From assembly GCA_048013815.1 (NCBI GenBank), contig CM106585.1, forward strand, positions 13,826,001-13,890,000: a stretch of DNA of 64,000 bases. The letters run 5' to 3'. The notes beneath the pieces are model-generated. The model worked only from the letters and a program-made list of their open reading frames with translations, did not search any database and had not been told where the DNA came from. Source of the DNA: Setoptus koraiensis. Its lineage: Eukaryota; Animalia; Arthropoda. Positions 10,421 to 20,799 of this stretch are shown here, in pieces. Numbering within the stretch: position 1 is the first letter of the stretch; the number at the start of each line of letters is the position of its first letter. A program made the position numbers and the translations under genes.

Positions 10421-10484
10421 CCAATAGGTGGCGCCAGGCGTCGTTCGGGCCGACGGCCGCGAGCAGAGGTGCGCCAGATGGCGC
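10421..10484 (+). promoter_or_regulatory. Pair of co-oriented CTCF-like motifs
   Basis: CCAATAGGTGGCGC (10421-10434) and GCGCCAGATGGCGC (10471-10484) each match 13/14 positions of the approximate core CCRSYAGRKGGCRS. Confidence 0.4.
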
Positions 10485-10547
10485 GCAAAGGCGCAATTTA
10501 TCACGCTTGTGTCGGTGGGCGCCACAAGCGCCACAAGCGCAACATCA

Positions 10548-10860
10548 GCGCCAGCCGACAACAACTGCAACGCCAACAACGGCAACAACGGCAACGACGG
10601 CAACGACGGCAACGACGGCAACGACAGCAACAACAGCAACAACAGCAACAACAACAACGCCAACAACAACCGCCTAGATGGCTCGCGAAGCGTATCTAGG
10701 CTTGTTTGTTTGTGCCGTCGGTTGTTGGCGTCGGTGGTTGCTGCCGGTTGTTGCTGTTGGCTGTCGGCTGTTGCTGTCGGTGGTTGGCTGTCGGTTGTTG
10801 CTGTCGGCCGTTGCTGTCGGTGGTTGGCTGTCGGTTGTTGCTGTCGGTGGTTGGCGGGCG
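10548..10860. repeat. Imperfect ~300-bp inverted repeat: CAA/CGA-rich arm, GCCTAGAT...ATCTAGGC centre, TTG/TCG-rich arm
   Basis: Perfect 8-bp arms at 10672-10679 and 10694-10701; the flanking degenerate repeats are reverse-complementary in type. Confidence 0.7.
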
Positions 10861-11664
10861 CAGTTGCGAGTTGTTGCACTATAATGGCCAGCGGTTCGCG
10901 CTTGCCAGTATAGAAGTGTCCCTGTTCGCACACTGCAAATTGCCAATGTGTTTGCATTGGCGTCTCTCTATTACATTACTGCGTTGCCAGTGTTGTTGCC
11001 AGTGTTCAGCCAAAGTGTTGTGTGTGTGTGTGTGTGATGCGCGATTGGCACCTTTTCTGTTTGTGCGCACACAGTGAGTATGCGCGTCGAAGCGTTTGTT
11101 CGCACTTTTAGCGTGATAACACACACACACACACACACACACTACACTTGGTGGTTGGCGCATGCGCCCAACCGCTCCGACAAGTACAAAGCGTTTGAGT
11201 GGGCAAGCTTTGTCTAGGCTCTTGTGTCAAATCTATCACTCTCTCATTCGCACTTAAACTTGCAACCAATCAACACCAATCAGTGCATCCATTGCGCACA
11301 CACGCACACACACGCGCCGCAGGTACGTGGCAGAGGTGGCCAATTGCACAGTTACAAGCACCTACAAACAGTTGATTGGAGCACTCGTGAATAGTTGCAA
11401 ACACGGCCAACAGTTGCAAACACGGCCAACAGATACAGTGAACAGTCACAGTGAACAGTTACAGTGAACAGTCGACACAGCGACGCCTATATGACGCGAC
11501 ATGCAATCAGTTTGATCAGTTTACAGTTTGCACTCAGACACTCAACGAGCAGTATAGGCACGCGAATAAATCACGGCCTAATTAAATAACAAGAGCGACA
11601 ACAGCGAACAAGTCGACAGTGCGCACAAGACGCGCGCACGCCCCCGCACAAAAACAAACAATAG

Positions 11665-12696
11665 ATGTCACCTTCGAACGAGTACAGAACAGGTGCACTG
11701 AATCAACAATTACATCATCATCATCATCAGCAACAACAGCAACAACAACAACAACACAAGAGCCTCACGCAAATGGACGAGTCGCCCTCGTTGCTCAACC
11801 AGCACACTCTGGCGGCGCATCAGCACGCGGCTGCGGCCGCCGCCGCGGCCGCCATGCAACGCCAACAGCAGCAGCAGCACCATCAGCACCAGCAAGCGAC
11901 CGGCCCGGCCCCGCCCGGCATGGTCGCCGTTAACCCGTACGCTGCGGCGGCCGCAGCGGGCATGGCGGGCGCAATGCCCGGCGTTGCGCCGCCCGGTCAC
12001 TCGCCCATGGTGGGCGGCATGCCGCTGGCCGGCTTGCTGGGCGCGGGCGCCGGCGGACAACCGTCGCCACTGTTGTCGGCCATAGCCGCGTTGGGTGCCC
12101 ATCATCAGCACGGAGCCATGGCGGCGGCGCACGCTGCCCACGGCGCCGCCAACGGAGCCGCGATGCCCGAGCCCGACGACGACGGCATTGTGGACGACCC
12201 AAAGGTCATTCTGGAGGCCAAACAATTGTGGACCAACTTTCACGCCATAGGCACAGAGATGGTCATCACAAAGTCGGGCCGGCGCATGTTTCCGCCCTTC
12301 AAGGTGCGTATGAGCGGCCTGGACAAGAAGGCCAAATACATCATGCTGATGGACATTGTTGCAGCGGACGATTGCCGCTACAAATTTCACAATTCGCGCT
12401 GGATGATGGCAGGCAAAGCGGATCCCGAAATGACCAAGCGCATGTACATACATCCCGATTCGCCCTCTACTGGCGAGCAGTGGATGCAAAAAATAGTGTC
12501 GTTTCACAAGCTCAAGCTCACAAATAACATCAGCGACAAATTTGGCTTTACAGTGCTGAACAGCATGCACAAGTACCAGCCCCGGTTTCACCTGGTGCGC
12601 GCCAACGACATCAAGCGGCTGCCCTACAGCACGTTCCGGACGTACGTGTTCAAGGAGACCGAGTTCATCGCGGTCACCGCCTACCAGAACGAGAAG
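11665..12696 (+). CDS. omb: optomotor-blind/Tbx2-3 T-box factor, coding exon 1 (polyQ/polyA N-terminus and most of the T-box)
   Basis: [80 protein letters not shown]...[46 protein letters not shown] is diagnostic of the Tbx2/3/omb subfamily. In-frame TAG directly before the ATG; donor AAG|GTGAGT at 12697. Confidence 0.95.
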
Positions 12697-12832
12697 GTGA
12701 GTTGCATAATAGTTACAATGAGATGCACGGCTCCGGCCGACCCCAATAAGCCCAATTTCGCCGATACTGACCCCAATCTCGCCAACAATAACCCCGATTT
12801 CGCCGATAATTTTCGCCCCGAAATTCGACCAG

Positions 12833-12909
12833 GTGACCAAGCTCAAGATTGACAACAACCCCTTCGCCAAGGGCTTCAGGGAAACGGGCGCGGGCAAGCG
12901 CGAAAAGAA
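12833..12909 (+). CDS. omb: omb coding exon 2 (end of T-box, [25 protein letters not shown]), 77 nt
   Basis: Acceptor CCAG at 12832 (phase 0) and donor AA|GTGAGT at 12910 (phase 2). Encodes the conserved [13 protein letters not shown]-box terminus. Confidence 0.93.
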
Positions 12910-13067
12910 GTGAGTATCCCCCGTCATGTCACATCTGACATGTGATATCATGTCACATCTGACATGCGACATTATATCACATGTATGAGTGATGCAATAT
13001 CACGCAATGTGTCACCTAGTCTGCCAATACCCATAACTAACCGCCCCCCCTTTTGTCTGCTCGCCAG

Positions 13068-14770
13068 GGCACTGCCCATGAGCTCACCCGAACGCCCCCT
13101 CATGTTCAGCCACAACAGTCACCACCATCAGCACCACCACCAAGACCAGCAGCATCATCATCATCACAGCGCCAGCAGTCACCACAACCAGTCGCACCAC
13201 AACCACAACAACCACCACCATCACCACCACAACCACCAGCAACAGCAGCATCACTATCAGCAGGCCAACCAAACAGGTACGGCGCCAGGTGTAAATAGCA
13301 GCGCCAACAGCAATCTAGTGCAACATCAAACAACCCCATCGCCCCACTTCCATTCGCCCGTGTCGACGGGCGCGCCGGCCTCCTCGAATCACAGTGCCCA
13401 CAACCACCACAACCACCACCAGCACCACAACAGCAACAGCAACAACCAGCATCACAGCAACAACACCAACAACCATCACCACCAGCAACAACAGCAACAG
13501 CGCTCTTCCTCTATGATTGGTGCATCGCACCATCACCACCCGTCGGCGCACCAGGCGCCCCTATTGGGTCACCACAATCACCACAGTCAGCACCATCTTC
13601 ACGCCAACGATATGCTGGCGCCGCATCATTTCTCGGACGCTGTGGCAGCGGCAGCTTTAAACTATAATCAGATGCTGTTAGATCATCACCATCAACAGCA
13701 GCAACAGCAGCAACAACAACAACAGCAACAACAACAGCATCAACATCAGCGCAATAAACTAAAGAAACACATCGATGACGACGACGTCGACGACGACAGA
13801 TTCTACACAAGAGAGCGACGCAACAACGGCGACGACGAAAACAACAACAACAACAATGACAGCGACGACGACAACGAGCACGACGACGACGACGACGACG
13901 ACGTCGAGCTCGAACCGATTGAAATAGATGTTTGCAGCGACGACGACACTGATCGGCGCAACAACCAAAACAACAACAACAACAACAACCACCAGCAACG
14001 CCAACACGCACCGGAAGTGGCCCACGCGAATATGAATGAGCTGGTTAAGGCAAAACGCGAGCAGCGCTGCCCGTCAGCGGCCAGCTCGTCGTCGACTTAT
14101 TCCGACCGGACAAGCGCGGGCAGTCCCGGGCCGGCGCTCACTAGCCAGCACCGGCGGCCTATATCTATCGACACCAGATCGTCGCCGGCATCAAGCGCCA
14201 ACAACAACAACAACAACAACAGCAGCAACAACAACAATGACGATCAAGACACAATGCGATCGCCCGTGATAAGTTCTTCATCATCTGCGGCAATGTTGCT
14301 CGCAACCACGAGCACCACATCAACCACAACAGCGACAACAACAACAACAGCGCCGGCAGCCGCCGCCGGGCCAACCATAAAAGCAGAGCCAGGACAGCAA
14401 CTTCCGGTTGCATCATGCATCAACCAGCGCCAACAGCAGCAGCGGCCCAAATCGAGGGGCTCGTCGTGCGACGGTCACTCTTCTTCGGCCGCCTGTTCGC
14501 CCTGCTCGTCGACCAGCAAGACCACGCTGCCGTTGCTGTCGCCCACCAATTCAGAGCACGGCGTTGCCATTTCAACTAGCCAGCAACAACAGCAACAACA
14601 ACAGCCGACATCAACGCCAAACAACAAGCGGGCCTCGTCTCATTCCATTTCGGCCATTATAGCGTCGCCGCAACGCAAGAGGACGCCCACGCCGACCTCG
14701 TCGTCGTCGGCTCACGGCGCTGCGCTGTCCGACACAAAACAGTCAATCAATCACCCAGCGAAAGGTTTAG
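13068..14770 (+). CDS. omb: omb coding exon 3 (His/Gln/Asn/Asp/Ser-rich low-complexity region)
   Basis: CTAAC branch-like site, pyrimidine tract and GCCAG acceptor at 13067; the phase-2 junction AA|G restores the frame of the 604-aa ORF. Donor TTAG|GTGAGT at 14771 (phase 1). No homology support is visible because the region is low complexity. Confidence 0.8.
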
Positions 14771-15497
14771 GTGAGTAGAGCCCGTTACACTGTCATTTAT
14801 TCATTTATCCGTTTATCCATTTATGTAGTCGCTTGTCCGATATCGACGGCGCGTCGCTCAATATCGCAACCACTTGAACAAAATAAACATAACACAACAC
14901 ATAATTGATAATGCAGCCATCGTGATGCGCATTTAATAATATATATCGAGTTGTTGATGGTACTTTTAAAGTGCTCGCTAATGCGCGCTGTCGTCGTCGG
15001 TCAAGTCGCCGGTCAAATGGTTGCTCGATCCGCTCGCTCAATTTCATCATACTCCGGCCATGCAAATGATGGCAACACTGTGCTGCCATCATTTGCACGT
15101 TCAATAGCACGAGCTGATGCCGTTGCTGACCACTCAATGTTGTTTGTGCAACGGCCAGCGGCCAAAGTCACTCAACTGACCACTCGTTGTGCGCACTCTT
15201 GACTTGGAATTAACTTTGCACTAACATTGACGCTTTAAACTGATTTTTGTTTGTGGCCAGTGATTCGCAATTTGCATAAAACGCTCTCACAGCGCCCAAT
15301 GCGGCCGCCGCCGTCATCATCATCAGTTGTCAGTGGCCAAAACGGTGGCTTAAGTGGCCCAAGTGCTCGTCGAGTGGCACACTGACCGGTGGCTGATGGA
15401 GCGATCGAGTGCAACGCAAACAGAGTGTCAGCAAACTAGAGTGACATGAGTTGATCACTTTGTGTTGTTTGGCCCACTCTGGCTCTGGCAAACACCA

Positions 15498-15556
15498 GTT
15501 GTGAGGGCCGGTTGTGAGCGTTGGTTGTGAGGGCCGGTTGTGAGCGTTGGTTGTGG
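15498..15556. repeat. 13-bp tandem repeat with alternating variants (GTTGTGAGGGCCG/GTTGTGAGCGTTG) x4.5
   Basis: Read directly. Confidence 0.9.
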
Positions 15557-16876
15557 ACACCAGTTTGCGAGCTGTCTGTTGCCGCCTGACCCCGATAGAT
15601 CGTAATGAGAATTGTTGGTGGAGTGGCCGACGCAGTCACTCGAGTCAAGTGTCAATGTCCGGCTCATCTGGCCGATACGAGCCAGATCTGGCCAATTGAG
15701 CCGATGAGTCCGATTGAGGCCCCAAATGACCAATTTTGCATGCATATTGCATATTAGTAAATAGCATATTTATGGCGGATGCGTCATCGGTGGCAATTAT
15801 AATTTATAAAGAGATACAACAATAGCATACAATGATAATAATAGTCCAATCAGACAATTGGTGCGCTCATTCACTCATGAATTTAATCACATTAAATAAA
15901 TAAAAGTAAATTAAACACAAATCAACTCGAAACCTGTCAATCGCTCGCTATGACAGCGCTGTTATAGGTCGCAGGCAATTGTCACATTGTATCGAGTGAA
16001 TGATGTACGCGGCCATTACGTAACAAGTTGCTGCAAGTTCAGGTTGTTGCATTGGATTGACAATGGCCGACGCAACACAAACACAAGCCAGCAGCTAGCA
16101 GCCAAACCAAGATTTATCTGTCAGATACTCATAGACTGCGAATCTGTCTGTGAGTATCACAGTCTGTGATTCGCATCGACAGACCGATTCGAACGCACAG
16201 ACTGGCCATTCACAGAAATATCATGTTGAATATATAGATAGATAATATAGATAGATAATTCATGGATGTTTGAGCGATACATGATGAAGATGATAGATAT
16301 GACGCGAGGCGAGATTATGTTGAGATTATCATGACGCAACATGAATAATGAATGCACTTGCTTGATTAGCATATAGATTGGGCAGCCGACGGTGTGTCGG
16401 CACAGCGAGTTGTGTCAGCGGCGGCCGCCGGCGCGAGGGCGGCTCCGGCGGCTCAAGCGGCTTTGGCGGCTCGAGCGGCTTGAGCGGCGCCCATGCTGGC
16501 GATAAGCGAATGGCCTTTGATCGACGCTTCCTAATTGGCCCATGCGATGGCAATTTATTGTTGCTGTTGCGCAACACACGCAGTTTGCAGCCGCCAGTTG
16601 GCAGCCGCCGGTTCGGAGCCGACAGTTCGGAGCCGACAAGTGGAAAGCGACGACAGGTGAAACAATGCTCGTGTGAGAGCTGTCCGCTGTGGCTGCGTCT
16701 GAGCGGATAATGGACGGCGTAATTCTATTACATTATTATGCCGGCTGACGCAGCCTGTTAGCCGGTCGCAATAATCTGGCCACAACACAACAAGTTGCAT
16801 TGTGTTGCGTAATTGATGATTATACAAATCATGCCAATGCACATTGGCCGGCGAGCGCCCTTTGGCCAGCCGGCGA

Positions 16877-16927
16877 GAGTCTGTTTGAGCGAGTCTGTCT
16901 GAGCGAGTCTGTTTGAGCGAGTCTGTT
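16877..16927. repeat. 14-bp tandem repeat GAGTCTGT(T/C)TGAGC x3.6
   Basis: Read directly. Confidence 0.9.
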
Positions 16928-17244
16928 GGGGGCATCAAACGGAGTCAATCCCATCAAAACAATTGCCCGGCTCGCCGGCACAGAATTATTGGCTGTAACA
17001 TATCCACATACAGCCCATGTAACATGTCCAGATACAACATGTCCAGCAATACAACATGTCCAGCTATTACCTGTCCGGCTCATACCTGTCCACATATTGC
17101 GTAACCAGATGGACACAGGCAATGTCTACAGGTAATGTCTTGTTTGCTGCTGGCAGCTTGTTAATCGCCCGCTCGCAACAACACGCCGGCGGTTGTTGTT
17201 TCGATTATTGTTATTATTGCTATTATTGCTGTCGTTGTTGCTAT

Positions 17245-17276
<32 letters not shown>

Positions 17277-18168
17277 TTGTTGTTGTTGCTGCTGCCACGG
17301 ATGCGGCTATATCTGGCAAGGTTGCATCACATCCATCGAGTCAGTAGTGCACTGGGCACGGAGGCTCGACGGAGGCGCAACAGACACAACCACTGACACA
17401 TGCTAACGAGCATCGTTTGTCAGGCGCTTGTTTAAATGTAGCAAGCGGCCGAGACGCAACAACTGTGGCCAGTTCTTGTATAAACAACATTGCATGCGGC
17501 ATTGGACGACGGCCAGATATTACGCAAGCGAATATATTATTATTATTATCATTATTCAACAAACAATGGCCCGATCGATGGCAATAACATGGCTCTCGGC
17601 TATTATTATCCGCATGAGCAGCTGCTTGATAAGCCCGATAAGCCCGATAAGACCGACAAGACCGACAAGACCGACAAGACATTGCCGTGCAGCCCTACAG
17701 CGCGCCGGCCACAGGTCACCTGTCGGCGGGAGTCCGCTGGCGAGCTTGTCGTCGATGTTGTGCCGTTGTCTTACATAATATATTGCTGCGATGTTTGATT
17801 GCTTGCGCCGCCACTGCGCCGTCATGACCCGCGCCGTGCCCGCTTGTGGGCTGCTAATCTAATTGAGCAACTTTGCCCATTGTTGCCCATCATCCTATCC
17901 AATTGTTATCCTATATCCGCTGCGCCGCGCCGCGCTGCCAATATCCTATTTGCGGCGCCCACACTCGGCCAGGCCCTAAATTGGCCGCGATCGGTTCGGT
18001 CTGAATGGCAAAACTCTGACAGTCTCAACACTCTCGACAGTCTCAGCAGCGCGCCGATTGGCCGACCGCAAACAATACGAACGCATTACGCAATTGATAC
18101 AAACGCACAAATAATATAGAGACGCGCGCACGCTTGCCGAGCCCGGCATGTGGAGCGCATTCCGTTCC

Positions 18169-18204
18169 GAACATGTCCGAACATGTCCAAATATAGACAT
18201 GTCG
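18169..18204. promoter_or_regulatory. p53-family response-element-like sequence in omb intron 3
   Basis: GAACATGTCC GAACATGTCC is two perfect RRRCWWGYYY half-sites with no spacer, followed by a 9/10 half-site AGACATGTCG at 18195. Confidence 0.3.
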
Positions 18205-19379
18205 GCCGCTCGGCGCCTGGCCCGTGCGTGACTGCGCGCCGTCCCGCCGACCGTCGTGTCCGGCCGACCGGGCCGGCCCGCAACCGCACTGGACGGTGCC
18301 GCTAACGAGCGCGACCTATGAAACAATTAATCTAATTATCGGCCCATTACCGCAATTGTTGTTGTTGTTTACAATTGCCGATTGCGGCTCCATTTCGAAG
18401 TTGTGCGGCTGGCCACTGGGCGCACCGCGGGCACCGTCGCGCGCCTTCCACAGCGACAAGTTGCGCTCAGCGACCGGCGACCGGCGGCTGGCCAGCCGCC
18501 GGCCGGAGCGTCGGATGCGCGACTCTGCGTGTCCGAAGCCACGACCGTCGAGCGCCGTCCGCCGGCCGCCGCTCCGACCGTCCGACGGGCAGCCGAACAA
18601 AGGCCGCCTTCGAGCCATTGAGCCATTGAGCCGTTGAGCCACTGGCGCCGCGCCGCGCCATGCTTCATTTGGCGGAGGCATGCGTGCCGGCGACGACAGC
18701 AACATGTTGAGTTGTAAATTCGAGTTCGCACACCAACTCGCCCCGTTCGATTCGAACGATTGGAAGCGCGTCGAGCGTTCGCAGTTCGGCGTTCGCACCG
18801 AATTCTTGGGCGCACTGACAGCGCTGCAAGTTGGAAGCGAGAAGCGAGAATGCAACTCGAACACGACCGACAATTCGGTTTGGCCACAACAAAACACGGC
18901 GCACAAAACGCTGCTCACCATCAATCAGCGCTTGGCGCCGAGACGGGCGCGCTCCCCGCTCCGTCGGTGTCGCCCCCGCCGCCCGTTATTTATTATCTGT
19001 GGCGGTTTGTGTGCTGTCCGATGAGCTGCAGCGAGTGACCACTCAAAAGCGAGTGACCACTCAAAAGCGAGCCTCATTGTTTGTGCGTTAATTGTGTGTC
19101 GGCCGCTCATTATATTGCCCCATTATACAGTGGCTGCCGGCCACTGTGGCGCCTCTGGCGGCCGGCACCACTGCGCACCGCTCGGCACCATCGGCACCAT
19201 CGGCACCACTCGGCACCATCGGCACCACTCGGCACCAGTGAGCACCATTGAGCACCAGTGGGCACCGTTGGGCACAGGCACAATTGCGGGCCGCTGTTGG
19301 CACAATGTCAACTAATCAATTAGCGCAAGTGGCGCAGACGGGCGTGGCCGGCTCACCTGACCGGCCGGCCGGACATGGT

Positions 19380-19405
19380 GCGTGTGTGTGTGTGTGTTTG
19401 AGTGT

Positions 19406-19438
<33 letters not shown>

Positions 19439-19439
19439 C
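19380..19439. repeat. (TG)n microsatellite, ~60 bp, interrupted
   Basis: Read directly. Confidence 0.95.
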
Positions 19440-20768
19440 GACCGGTGCCAACTGAAGCTCGAGACTAATGATGAACGACAACGGCAAAAACAATTGTCGC
19501 CACCTATATAGGCGACGCGCGGCCGCCAGAGGGCCGGTGCGCCCCCTGCAGCCCATATAGGTGACGACAGCGGCCAGGTAGTGGGGCCAATTAACGAGCG
19601 GACGATATAACGAGAGCACAACGCGCCGCAAACAAACAAACGGCTCGACAAACAAACAGGCGAGCAAACAAACAAGCGCACGAGTGATAAACAAACAATG
19701 CTACTGCTCGTGGTCACTCTCAATTGTCGGCCGGTGGTTGTGCTGTCAGTTTGTCGGGGGGCAGGGGGCGGCAGTGCAACAACAATTGTGAGTAAAACAA
19801 TCAAACAATTGAGATCATGAATGAACAACAACAACAACAACAAACAAACAATCGAGCCCCCGTCACGCCCCTGCCGCCACTCTGCTCGCTCGTTGCCAGC
19901 GCCGGGGCGTGTCCGTGGGCACATCACCTGGCGGCGCGCACCGACAACCGGGCGGCGACCGGTGGCTGGCTGCTAATGACGTCGATGACGCCGCTCATCT
20001 GCTGATGATGACGGCAAGCTGCTGATGATGACGGTGCGGACAGTGCGGACAATGCCAGCGGCGCCGACGGGACACACACAAGCGGCCCGAGCAGCTGATG
20101 AGGCGCCCGTCAATTGACAGATGAGCGCACTAGACAATCTCTGTTGCCGTTGTAATTATATGAATAATTATTGGCCGCGTTGCAACACATACGATATTCA
20201 CATGTGGGCGTGCGCCGGGCCGGGCCCCACTTTCGGCTGTCCGGTATAGGCCGCGTCGTGCCGAACAGAGCGGTTTGTTGCTGCTTGTTTGCGCGCCACC
20301 GTCGCTGGCAACTCTCAACAACTCAGCGACTCAGCAACTCAGCAACTCAGCTCGACAGCGAGATTGCCGAGATTCCGCCAATTACAACATGTATAAACAA
20401 CATGTAACAACAAGATATCGTAACTGATACCGGCGAGATATTGACAGGATAAATTATAGATTCGGAGCGCGGCAGCGGGCGCTCGCGTTGCTTTGAATTT
20501 GGCGCCGGCCGGTGCGTGTGGGGCCCTGCCCGGCGAGCGTTATGCGGGCCCACCGATAAACGGTGCGTCAATAAACGCGGCCGGCCGGCCGGCCGGTGGC
20601 TGCTGGGCCCGTCCAAAGAGCGGATAATGGATGTCCACTGGATGATTATGATGGATGGCGGCCGCGCTCGGGTGTGTTGACGGCGCCGGCAGCTCGCGAC
20701 CAGCAACTCGCCACCAGCAACTCGCCACCAGCAGCCCCGCAAAACAAACAATGGCTGCTCATCTCGTT

Positions 20769-20799
20769 CTCAGGTGAGCTCAGGTGAGCTCACCTGAGC
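20769..20799. repeat. CTCAGGTGAG x2 plus an inverted copy, forming the perfect 22-bp palindrome GCTCAGGTGAGCTCACCTGAGC (20778-20799)
   Basis: Read directly. Confidence 0.95.

Noticed and set aside
12697-12852. Open frame through omb intron 1 (395-aa product if retained)
   Set aside because: It would truncate the T-box and likely trigger NMD. The intron is GC-rich and short, so lack of a stop codon is unsurprising. No evidence of retention.
11710-12972. 420-aa antisense ORF over omb exon 1
   Set aside because: Shadow frame of a GC-rich, codon-biased CDS; no domain and begins in an intronic repeat.
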